A stretch of DNA of 32,000 bases. Origin: Pirellula staleyi DSM 6068. GTDB taxonomy: Bacteria > Planctomycetota > Planctomycetia > Pirellulales > Pirellulaceae. The notes beneath the pieces were generated by a model, which did no database searches, was not told where the DNA came from, and saw only the letters and a list, made by a program, of their open reading frames with translations. Shown here in pieces: positions 1-8,046 of the stretch; position 1 is the first letter of the stretch, and each line of letters begins with the position of its first letter. The position numbers and the translations under genes were made by a program. The stretch covers positions 5,730,001-5,762,000 of the forward strand of contig CP001848.1 in the NCBI GenBank assembly GCA_000025185.1. Direction: 5' to 3'.

Positions 1-428
1 TGCGAGAGCCCCACGAGATAGTAGCCACCATCTTCGCTCGGACCGAGCACGATGTCGTGCGTCGCCAGTTGCGCGAAAGCTTCGTCTATATAGTCGCGGG
101 GAAGATCGGGCGAGTCGCTGCCGATCAACAGCAGGCGCTGACAACCGGCGTGGAACGCAGCGCTAGTGCAGCTGATGAGTCGCTCGCCTAGATCGCCCGG
201 CGATTGCTCGGTGAGGTGCCAGGCTGCAGGGGCAAGCGATGCGATGAGCGCGGCGAACTGGTCGCGGGCGGTCGCCGGAGCAAAACAGATCGCGCGCTCG
301 TCGGCCACCGATTTCCAGCGCGCAACTACTGCCTCGACCAAATATTTTTGCACGAGCGCCGCATGCTCGAACCCCAGCAGAGGCGCGAGGCGTGTTTTGG
401 CGCTCCCGGCCTGCCAGTACTTGGCCAT
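1..428 (-). CDS. DUF2064 / TIGR04282-type glycosyltransferase-like protein, N-terminal part (gene runs off the window start)
   Basis: Hand translation of the minus strand from ATG (428-426) gives MAKYWQAGSAKTRLAPLLG...QRLLLIGSDSPDLPRDYIDEAF...HDIVLGPSEDGGYYLVGLS. The K-T-R-L, IG-D-P and DGGYYL(V/I)G signatures are typical of DUF2064. It is absent from the ORF track because it has no stop in the window. Confidence 0.6.
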   Translation of the reverse strand, partial: MAKYWQAGSAKTRLAPLLGFEHAALVQKYLVEAVVARWKSVADERAICFAPATARDQFAALIASLAPAAWHLTEQSPGDLGERLISCTSAAFHAGCQRLLLIGSDSPDLPRDYIDEAFAQLATHDIVLGPSEDGGYYLVGLS

Positions 429-460
429 CAAGACCAGGCGCGATCGCGCTGGGCTGGTTG

Positions 461-790
461 TCACTGGGGCGCAGCTTCAGCAGCCAAGATGCGTTTGAGC
501 AGGACTTCGTTCACCTTGGCGCGGAAACGGATCTTCCCATCGATTTCGACCACGGGAACGCAGCTGGTGTATTTGCCGCGCAGCTCGGGGTCGGCATCGA
601 TATCGATCTTCGTGGGAGTAAGTCCATGGCGGACGAGGATTTCGATCGCCTCGTCGCACAGGTGGCACCCCTGGCGCGTGTAGACAACAGCCGAATGCTC
701 GCTCGGAGCGACTTTGTTTCCACCACCACAAGCGGCATCGGCCGAACTGCGGCTGCCGAACAGACTCGAGAGTTGCGAAAGCAGGCCGAT
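461..790 (-). CDS. glutaredoxin-like (DUF836-type) thioredoxin-fold protein; start codon uncertain (ATC 790 or CTG 784)
   Basis: Hand translation gives ...SAVVYTRQGCHLCDEAIEILVRHGLTPTKIDIDADPELRGKYTSCVPVVEIDGKIRFRAKVNEVLLKRIL*, with stop TGA at 463-461. It has a CxxC redox motif and a cis-Pro VP motif. It is not in the ORF track because the frame has no ATG/GTG/TTG before the CxxC. An AAGGAG lies at 802-797. Confidence 0.55.
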   Translation of the reverse strand: MGLLSQLSSLFGSRSSADAACGGGNKVAPSEHSAVVYTRQGCHLCDEAIEILVRHGLTPTKIDIDADPELRGKYTSCVPVVEIDGKIRFRAKVNEVLLKRILAAEAAPQ

Positions 791-944
791 GACAGGCTCC
801 TTTCAAGCGGGAGGGAAAGAATCGTGTGCCTAAGCACTTATTATTGACAAAAGGGGGGCGTTGACCACATGCTTCCGACTTCATGGTGGGGCTAGCAAGT
901 GGGGTTCTGCCAGCATGCGGATTGCTTCATTTTGTCGCAAACCG

Positions 945-953
945 TGTTAGAAT
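945..953 (+). promoter_or_regulatory. possible extended -10 promoter element (TGtTAGAAT) upstream of the kinase gene
   Basis: The sequence tgttagaat matches the TGnTATAAT extended -10 pattern at 7 of 9 positions. No good -35 is present. It would imply a ~465-nt leader before the ATG at 1426. Confidence 0.25.
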
Positions 954-1425
954 ACGAGTGTTGATGCTTGATGCCCGGAAAAACTCGGTGTAGGTTTGGC
1001 AAGCAATCCAAGGTTTTTCTGGGAAGAAACTGCTAGTTTTTTGTGAGATAGTCACTGGATTATCTGGTCGTCTTGCGAACGAATCACGCCCTGAAAGGCG
1101 GCTTTCGGCTCGCAGCGGACAGTTGTCGTAGCGACGACCGAATGAAAATGCGGCAAATCTCCACCAGCACGTCGAGCCGATAAGCATTGTGGCACGAAGC
1201 CTCTGTGGCCCAAGGTGTCCTGCTGAGCGTGACTTGTTGACCTGCCCTTTGTGGCAGCTCACGAGCTTCCGCGATTGCCCGGCGCGGAGTGTTAGTGGTT
1301 GGAAGCCGGTTGCCAGTAACAGTGAATTCGCTGCAGCGAGTGAAAACTTGGCTACAGCGGCGACAGTTGTCGGCGGTCTTTGGGGGACTGCCGAACTCCC
1401 GTGCCTCGAGGCGGATTTGAGCGGC

Positions 1426-3405
1426 ATGGCAAAGCTTAGCGTCGACGCGTTTCTCGATTACGTCCAGAAAAGTGGTCTGGCCGATAGCGGTGCGCTCGAA
1501 ACGGCCCTCGCCCCTCTGAAGGCGAAGCATGGCGGATCGCTTCCCGAAGATGCCGATCTCGTGGCGGCCGAGTTGATCGACGCCAAACTGATCACCAGTT
1601 GGCACTCGGAAAAGCTGATGGACAAGAAGTACAAAGGCTTCTTCCTCGGCAAGTACAAACTGCTGCGGCACATTGGCAGCGGTGGTATGAGCAGCGTTTA
1701 TTTGGCCGAGCATCTGCTGATGCGTCGCCAGCGGGCGATTAAAGTACTTCCCAAAGCGCGGGTGAACGACTCGAGCTATCTGGCCCGGTTTCATCTCGAA
1801 GCGCAAGCAACAGCTTCGCTCGACCATCCGAACATCGTGCGAGCCTACGACGTCGACAACGATGGCGACACGCACTTTTTGGTGATGGAGTACATCGAAG
1901 GGCGCGATCTGCAGAACATTGTGAAAGCAGAAGGACCGCTGCCACTCGAACTCGCCTGCAACTACATCGCGCAGGCTGCCGAGGGACTCGACTACTCGCA
2001 CAAATCGTCGCTGATTCACCGCGACGTGAAGCCGGCCAACTTGCTGGTGGATACCAAGGGGCTCGTCAAGATTCTCGACCTTGGCTTAGCGCTGAGCAGC
2101 GATAGCGAACAAGCGTCGCTGACGATTGCCCACAACGAAAATGTGCTCGGCACGGCCGACTATCTATCGCCCGAACAAGCGGTGAATAGTCACAAGGTCG
2201 ATCATCGGGCCGACATCTACAGCCTCGGCTGTACGCTCTATTATTTGCTCTCGGGTCATCCTCCATTTCCTGATGGAACGCTGGCCCAGCGGATTGCCAA
2301 ACATCAGACGCAGATGCCGGAAGATTTGCGCAAAGAGCGACCTGATGTGCCGCGCGATCTGTGCGACATCTGCCTGAAGATGATGCAAAAACGGCCTGAA
2401 AAACGCTTCCACACGATGCGCGAAGTGGCCGACGCACTCGAAGCGTGGTTGGTGAATCACGGCTATCGATTTGAGCCAGGCAGCAGCGATGCGGCGCGGA
2501 AAGCGGCGCAGCTGACAGCCGCCAGTGTCGCCTCGCGTGGAGGTGGCTCGTCGAAACTGGGCCTTCCCGGAGCGGGCTCCGGACGGGGCATGCCGGGAAC
2601 CGATCGACCTGTGCCCGATCATAGCGACGATACGATTTCCGATCAGGCTCGCGAAGGAACGGTGAAAGGTCTCGAGGGACTTCCCAAGGCGACGCGGTTG
2701 CCGGGTAGTTCCCCCGCCGCACCAGCTGCGAAGGGATCGCCCGGCAGTAGCAAGAGAGTGGTTGATCCGACTGCCAAGTCGCAGCCGACCGCTGGCAGCA
2801 ACAAGGGACTCCCTGTCGCTCGCCCACTCGATAGCTCGGCGAGTGGTAGTTCCAAAAGCAACTCGAGCGCTTTGCCGAACTTCAATTTCGACGTGGGTGG
2901 CTCGGGCTCGACGAAATCGGGGTCGACCAAATCGGGCTCTGCCAAGCCAGCGGCGAAACCAGCCGCACGTCCCGGTGGCTCGAAGATTAAGACCACCTCG
3001 GGTGGCATGCCGATCTTATCGCTCGGCACCAGCAGCCCTGCGATTAACCCAGCAGGAAGCACCTCGTCGATTGCTGGTAAGGGTCCTGCGGGAACGAAGG
3101 TGGGGGCGAAAAAGGGGCTGCTCGCCTCACTCACCGCCAAAGTGCCGCTGTGGCTGCTGATTGGTGGAGGTGTTGCCGCAGTGGCCGTGGCGATCGCGGG
3201 AATTGTGACCGTCGCGATCATGATTGGCGGTTCGGGAGACTCACCTCGCCGCGAGCGTCAGCCGGAATCAACCAATTCGAACGACACCAGCTACCTTGCC
3301 CCGCCCACCCCTCCAGGCTACCTGGAAGGGATGTCGGTGGCGACCGACAGCTCAAGAACCACCACTTTGGGTGGTCCAGGGCCGGTTCTACCGCCAAATT
3401 TTTGA
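1426..3405 (+). CDS. membrane-anchored Ser/Thr protein kinase (Hanks type)
   Basis: Kinase motifs are [11 protein letters not shown]...AIKVL (subdomains I/II), [11 protein letters not shown] (VIb), DLGLA (VII) and [10 protein letters not shown] (VIII). The C-terminal half is a low-complexity S/G/P/A/K linker, then one TM helix ([30 protein letters not shown]) and a short tail. I chose ATG 1426 ([12 protein letters not shown]...) because the 79 upstream codons of the tracked ORF (from 1189) are Cys/Arg/Trp-rich and not protein-like. Confidence 0.9.
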   Translation: MAKLSVDAFLDYVQKSGLADSGALETALAPLKAKHGGSLPEDADLVAAELIDAKLITSWHSEKLMDKKYKGFFLGKYKLLRHIGSGGMSSVYLAEHLLMRRQRAIKVLPKARVNDSSYLARFHLEAQATASLDHPNIVRAYDVDNDGDTHFLVMEYIEGRDLQNIVKAEGPLPLELACNYIAQAAEGLDYSHKSSLIHRDVKPANLLVDTKGLVKILDLGLALSSDSEQASLTIAHNENVLGTADYLSPEQAVNSHKVDHRADIYSLGCTLYYLLSGHPPFPDGTLAQRIAKHQTQMPEDLRKERPDVPRDLCDICLKMMQKRPEKRFHTMREVADALEAWLVNHGYRFEPGSSDAARKAAQLTAASVASRGGGSSKLGLPGAGSGRGMPGTDRPVPDHSDDTISDQAREGTVKGLEGLPKATRLPGSSPAAPAAKGSPGSSKRVVDPTAKSQPTAGSNKGLPVARPLDSSASGSSKSNSSALPNFNFDVGGSGSTKSGSTKSGSAKPAAKPAARPGGSKIKTTSGGMPILSLGTSSPAINPAGSTSSIAGKGPAGTKVGAKKGLLASLTAKVPLWLLIGGGVAAVAVAIAGIVTVAIMIGGSGDSPRRERQPESTNSNDTSYLAPPTPPGYLEGMSVATDSSRTTTLGGPGPVLPPNF

Positions 3406-3516
3406 AAAAAATGGGCGAGCTGGACAGTTTTTTGCCTCGCGAAGTCGCGCGAAAACGGCTGCGGCGATAGGTCCCAAAAACGGCCTGCAGAGAGCCCTGT
3501 TTTTGGTCTGTCGAGA

Positions 3517-3550
3517 AGCCTCGACGAGGGCCTTTTTCGAGGCTCGTTTT
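3517..3550 (+). terminator. candidate intrinsic terminator downstream of the kinase gene
   Basis: An 8-bp stem pairs AGCCTCGA (3517-3524) with TCGAGGCT (3537-3544). The loop is 12 nt and the stem is followed by cgTTTTg. It lies ~110 nt after the stop codon. Confidence 0.35.
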
Positions 3551-4313
3551 GCTCTCGCCAAAGAGTGTTCATGGCTGCGAATTTGACGCACCAATCTTCT
3601 CTTCCTAGCACGCCAATGGAAGTGACTTCGATGCTGCTAGAGCGACCACTCGAGCAGCGCGACACTCACAGCAGCGTGACTGGCTACTGCAGAGCGTGCT
3701 CGCGCACGATGCCACGCTGTCAGTCGCTCGAGGAGTGCCGCGCGATCACTTATCGGCGCGATGTGAGGCCTGCTGCTCCCTCTAGCGCCGCTTTGATTGC
3801 CACTACGACACACATGCGCGGCATAAACCGACTTTGCGTAGCGGTGAAGTGTCGATTGAATGAACACTTCACGCGCTGCTGTCGCGCGGTGGATCGCATG
3901 TCGACATGCAGCGACGACGCTCTTCGATCGACATGCTCGCTGCGGCACGCGCATCACCGCTGCAACCGCCGCATGCTCAAAAACAGCAATATTTCGCTCG
4001 AAATAGGTCACTTTTTGCGATGCGATCGCCGGCACATCTTGCTGCAACGACCAGGGGTAATCAGTTTATGCAGAGCAGCGGCACTGGAACTGCGAAACGC
4101 TGGGTGTGATCGCTGGCGAGACTGTTATGAACGCTTTCAGCGAGTAGAGCAGGCGGCAAGCGGATCCCCTTAAGCGGTTTGGCAGGCAACGAGCATCGCG
4201 AGTCGGTACGCGAGCCGATCAGCGTCCGAATGATTCGGCGATGGAACGAATCTTCATCGCTAGCAACTCACCTGCGTGCACCCGTCGCGTGCACTTTCAC
4301 TTCAGCGCATCGA

Positions 4314-4364
4314 AAGCGCAACAAAGCGCGCTTTCGCGCGCGCCAGGCGCGCTTTGTTGCGCTT
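4314..4364. repeat. perfect 18-bp inverted repeat (AAGCGCAACAAAGCGCGC / GCGCGCTTTGTTGCGCTT) with a 15-nt spacer
   Basis: Read directly from the sequence. Arm 4314-4331 is the exact reverse complement of 4347-4364, and the spacer tttcgcgcgcgccag is itself (CG)n-rich. The flanking direct repeat gcgcgctttc occurs at 4326-4335 and 4368-4377. Confidence 0.85.
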
Positions 4365-4789
4365 CTCGCGCGCGCTTTCATAGCCGCGCGCAATGATTTT
4401 TGTCTCCTCGAAAAAAGCGCGAGCCATCGCCCTCATCGCGACGTAGTTAAGGGGGCTCGCAGGGTGCTTAGCAGTCTGCTCGCAAGCTCTCCCGAGCAAC
4501 CTCCGTCCGCGCGATTGTAGGGGCGCGAAACCCGCGCCATCCGCAAGTCAAGCCGTTCCCAATATTTGTCGCAAGTCTTTCCCAGAAAACAACTTGCACA
4601 AGATGCTTGAATTCTGCCTTTCCACGGTCGTACGATTAGGTAAGTGATCCGAGTGACTTGGGGCGGCCAGTGCCGCTGCGAGCCTCGAATCTCTCGGGCG
4701 AAGTCAATGTCCTGCGGCCACCCAGGTCGCATCGGCAGCGGCTTCGAGTCATCAAAACTCTTTGGAGAAAGCTTGGTCTTGGTGTAGTC

Positions 4790-5500
4790 ATGCCCCGCCG
4801 CCTCGAACACATCCTGAAGACTCCTGCTTCGCATCCCGCTGCCGAGCGTGCCGCCGTTTCGCGGCGTCAGGTGCTGCCGGGTAAACGTGCGCGATTGAGC
4901 GGCTCGGTGCTTCGTGGCCCCTACCTGCCCCCCGAACGATGGTACGAACCGTCCCACGAGCCCTCACGCGGCTTTCAGGTGGTGGTCCAGGACGCCGGCA
5001 AGGGCTACCGCCATGTCGTCACCGAAGAGGACGTACGAGGCCGCCTGGCACAGCTCCCCAGCTGGATGCTCGACTCGCTCGAAGTGGTGCAGCTGAGCCA
5101 AATGACCCGCAAAAAGCGACGCTCTCCCTGCTACGGCATGCAGTGGGGGACGACGATCTACCTCTATCCGATCGAAGACAACCTGGTCGAGAAATTCACA
5201 CAGCCCCCCAAACCGGCCCAAAAGATCGAATCGGCCATGTTTGGCGGCCAGTGGGAGCCCGATAAGAAGGGTGGTCACTGGAATCTGACCTGGACCGAAG
5301 AGGCGATCCGCGACTTCTACCTCAACAACGTGCTGATCCACGAATTGGGGCACATTCTCGACAACCGCAACACCAGCTATGTCGATCGCGAACGCTATGC
5401 CGAGTGGTTCGCCCTCGAACATGGCTACAAAGCGAGTCGCCGGGCCAAACTGGCCGCTGCTGCGGTGAAGAAGTACGTCCGCAAGCGCCACCACAACTAG
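4790..5500 (+). CDS. hypothetical protein with C-terminal HExxH (HELGH) zinc-metallopeptidase-like motif
   Basis: The ORF has ordinary amino-acid composition from ATG 4790 (MPRRLEHILK...). It contains ...NNVLIHELGHILDNRNTSYVDRERYAEWFALEHGY..., with Glu residues 14-23 aa after the motif (gluzincin-like spacing). No signal peptide is visible. I do not recognise the family. Confidence 0.7.
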   Translation: MPRRLEHILKTPASHPAAERAAVSRRQVLPGKRARLSGSVLRGPYLPPERWYEPSHEPSRGFQVVVQDAGKGYRHVVTEEDVRGRLAQLPSWMLDSLEVVQLSQMTRKKRRSPCYGMQWGTTIYLYPIEDNLVEKFTQPPKPAQKIESAMFGGQWEPDKKGGHWNLTWTEEAIRDFYLNNVLIHELGHILDNRNTSYVDRERYAEWFALEHGYKASRRAKLAAAAVKKYVRKRHHN

Positions 5501-5748
5501 GGGGCTACTCGCCACGCAGCGGGTCCCAGCATCAGCTATCTTTGCTGAGTACAAACCGCCCCGATCTTCGCTTACGGTAGATAACCGGCTCATCTTGCGC
5601 CCGCGAGGCAATTTGCCACGTGGCATGCGGCCCGTTATCGTAGGTGCTTATCTGCTCGTCACTAACTGCTGCTGACTGCCGGTCCCACCAACCGTCAGGC
5701 CCCAGCCCGACCCGCTTTTCCGCGCGAGTGCTTAAAGGATTCCTGCTG

Positions 5749-7650
5749 ATGCGTTGTTTCTCTCGACTCATGGTCACCTTCGCGCTGCTCAGCCTCGTGG
5801 CTCTTCTGGGACTTGCAAGCACGTCGCATGCCGTTGCCACCCCCGAACAACGGGCCGAGATCGCCGCCATCAGCACGCTCACTTCCAAAGCGGCCAACCT
5901 GTTCAAGGCTGGCAAGTTTAAGGAATCGGGCGAAGCGGTTGCCGAAGTGCAAACTCGCATCGAAAAGCTCGCTGAAAGTGGCGATGCTCAGGTTATCGAA
6001 CTCTTGGCTCCCACCTATCGCCGCCTGCTCAATGCGCACGCAGTGCTCGAGCTCGAAGGAATCACCCTCCCCGCCCTCAAGCCACTCGAAGCTGAAAAGC
6101 CGATGCCCAAGCCGGGCGAAGCTCCTGCAGGTGGCGGAACCAGCTTCACCAAAGAGGTCGCTCCGATTTTGGTGCAGCACTGTGGTGGTTGCCACGTCCG
6201 CGGCAGTCGCGGCATGTTCTCGATGGCCAGCTACGACGTGCTGATGAAAGGACCTGCTGCTGGCAAAGTGGTCTTTCCAGGCAACATCGATGGCAGCGAC
6301 CTCGTCGTGAAGATCCAAGATAAAGAGATGCCCCCCAGCGGCGCTGGCATCCCCGAACCGCAACTCGCGACCCTCAAAAAATGGATCACCGAAGGGGCCA
6401 AGTTCGACGGCCCCGATCCCGCCGCTAACCTCACTGCCCTCACCGCTGGCACTCCAGCCGCCGCTCCACCGATGGTGATGGTGGCCGAAGCAACCGGTAA
6501 AGAAACCATCAGCTTTGCCAAAGATATTGCCCCGGTCCTCGTTGCCTCGTGCACCGGCTGTCACGGCACGAATCGCCCGCGCGAAAACTTCAGCGTCTTC
6601 ACGTTCGAGAGCTTGCTCAAGGGTGGCGACCTCGGCACTGCGATCCTCCCCGGTAAACCTGCCGACAGTTTGCTGATTAAGAAGCTCAAGGGAACCGCTG
6701 ATGGAATGCGCATGCCACAAGGCATGGCTCCCCTAGCCGACGAAGTGATTGCGAAGTTCGAGAAGTGGATCGAAGAAGGGGCCAAGTTCGATGGCGGTAA
6801 CGCCAAACAATCGGTGATCGAAATCGCCGCACTGGCCAAAGCCAACTCCAGCACGCACGAACAGCTGAGCCTCGACCGCGCTAACCTGGCGCTCTCGAAC
6901 TGGAAGCTCGTTCTCCCCGATATGCCTGCCGATAAAGTCGAAACCACCAACTTCATGGTGCTCGGCAACGTAGGCGAAAACACACTCGCCGATATCGGAC
7001 AACAAGCCGAATCGCTCGCTCCCAAAATTGCCACCATCTTCAAGGCACCAGCCGACCAGGCACTCGTGAAGGGTCGCGTTTCGCTCTATGTCTTCCGCGA
7101 ACGCTACGACTACAGCGAGTTCGGCAAAATGGTCGAGCGCCGTGATCTGCCACTCCCTTGGCGCGGTCACTTCAACTACACCATTGTCGACGCCTATGGC
7201 GTGGTTGTTCCACCTCGCGCTGGCGACTACTCGCTGCAGGTCCTCATCGGTCAGCAGCTTGCCGGCACCTATATCGCCTCGCTCGGTAAAGGAACGCCGC
7301 GCTGGTTCGCGGAAGGCTCGGCCCGCGTTGCTGCCTCGCGTCTCGATGGTGCTGATGGCCGCGTTCAGAAGTGGGACGATGCCGTGCTTCCAGTCGTCTC
7401 AACGATGAGCGCTCCCGACGACTTCCTCACCGGCAAACTCCCTCCCGAAGAAACCGATATCTGTGCCTACAGCTTCGTAAAGTTCCTGATGGCCGACGCT
7501 AAACGCTACGACAAACTCCTGGCCGATCTCCGCAAAGGTGGCAACTTCGATCAGTCGTTCTCGGCCACCTACGGCGGCAGCCCGAATCAAGTGGCCCAGG
7601 CCTGGGTGCGCAAGCCACCAGCGAAATCCAAGCCGCTCGGTAAGAAGTAA
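5749..7650 (+). CDS. secreted protein with two planctomycete-cytochrome-c-type (PSCyt1-like) CxxCH modules and a C-terminal domain of unknown function
   Basis: A signal peptide follows ATG 5749 (MRCFSRLMVTFALLSLVALLGLASTSHA). Two modules are present: FTKEVAPILVQHCGGCHVRG...KIQDKEMPP and FAKDIAPVLVASCTGCHGTNRPRENFS...GMRMPQG. The C-terminal ~260 aa contains RWFAEGSARVAA. Confidence 0.88.
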   Translation: MRCFSRLMVTFALLSLVALLGLASTSHAVATPEQRAEIAAISTLTSKAANLFKAGKFKESGEAVAEVQTRIEKLAESGDAQVIELLAPTYRRLLNAHAVLELEGITLPALKPLEAEKPMPKPGEAPAGGGTSFTKEVAPILVQHCGGCHVRGSRGMFSMASYDVLMKGPAAGKVVFPGNIDGSDLVVKIQDKEMPPSGAGIPEPQLATLKKWITEGAKFDGPDPAANLTALTAGTPAAAPPMVMVAEATGKETISFAKDIAPVLVASCTGCHGTNRPRENFSVFTFESLLKGGDLGTAILPGKPADSLLIKKLKGTADGMRMPQGMAPLADEVIAKFEKWIEEGAKFDGGNAKQSVIEIAALAKANSSTHEQLSLDRANLALSNWKLVLPDMPADKVETTNFMVLGNVGENTLADIGQQAESLAPKIATIFKAPADQALVKGRVSLYVFRERYDYSEFGKMVERRDLPLPWRGHFNYTIVDAYGVVVPPRAGDYSLQVLIGQQLAGTYIASLGKGTPRWFAEGSARVAASRLDGADGRVQKWDDAVLPVVSTMSAPDDFLTGKLPPEETDICAYSFVKFLMADAKRYDKLLADLRKGGNFDQSFSATYGGSPNQVAQAWVRKPPAKSKPLGKK

Positions 7651-7686
7651 ACGCCCCACCCCAAAGAGCTTGGAGACTTCGTCCGA

Positions 7687-7911
7687 GTGGAATCCGATAA
7701 GAGCTGCAGAAATTGTAGTAGCACCGAGTTTTACACTCGCGAAGTGTACTTTAGCGGCCATGCCTCGGCCGCGTTGCCAGTCGGATTTTTTGGACTATGG
7801 GACTATGCAACATGTCAATTGCGGGTGTGCGGTACCTGTGGTTTAGCGGAATGGTATCTCACGCCTGATTCCCTCAAAAAGGTCAAACAGAAGTTTGATC
7901 GAGAGTCGTAG
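7687..7911 (+). CDS. small zinc-ribbon-like protein (CxxC...CxxC)
   Basis: A 74-aa ORF with a GTG start. It reads MESDKSCRNCSST...CQLRVCGTCGLAEWY, with two CxxC pairs in a zinc-ribbon arrangement. It starts 36 nt after the upstream gene, so co-transcription is likely. Confidence 0.5.
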   Translation: MESDKSCRNCSSTEFYTREVYFSGHASAALPVGFFGLWDYATCQLRVCGTCGLAEWYLTPDSLKKVKQKFDRES

Positions 7912-8046
7912 AGGCTGGCAAAAAACACCGACCAAGCTTCGGTTTCGCCTGTGATCGTTTGGCAATCCCACGGGGCTATCGGCTGCGCCGAGGCGCCCCC
8001 GGCACCTGACTCTAGTCCATCCAAGCTTTTCCACGCTTCGCGCCAG

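Noticed and set aside
166-847. Three overlapping plus-strand ORFs (166-498, 204-683, 392-847)
   Set aside because: They lie opposite the DUF2064 and glutaredoxin-like frames, which have clear family motifs. Their own translations are Arg/Ala/Ser-rich with no motifs.
1189-1425. 79-codon N-terminal extension of the kinase ORF (tracked start 1189)
   Set aside because: The extension ([23 protein letters not shown]...) is Cys/Arg/Trp/Pro-rich, unlike the rest of the protein. ATG 1426 gives a sensible N-terminus ([18 protein letters not shown]).
1084-2019. 311-aa ORF antisense to the kinase catalytic domain
   Set aside because: The plus-strand frame contains all Hanks kinase subdomains. The antisense product is not protein-like.
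3565-4173. 202-aa plus ORF, and the 136-aa minus ORF at 3637-4047, as real genes
   Set aside because: The plus ORF has about 9% Cys and many Arg. Both ORFs use rare codons. Neither has a recognisable motif, and they overlap each other. I kept them only as part of the unexplained-region finding. The minus ORF remains a weak possibility, around 0.2.
4179-4520. Mirrored ORFs 4179-4520 (+) and 4302-4499 (-), both encoding KRNKARxxRAxARFVAL-type peptides
   Set aside because: The similarity of the two peptides is a direct consequence of the 18-bp inverted repeat being read on both strands. It is not evidence for coding.
5695-6720. 341-aa ORF antisense to the di-CxxCH gene
   Set aside because: The plus-strand frame has a signal peptide and two CxxCH modules. 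The antisense frame is low-complexity Gly/Glu/Arg/Ala with no motifs.
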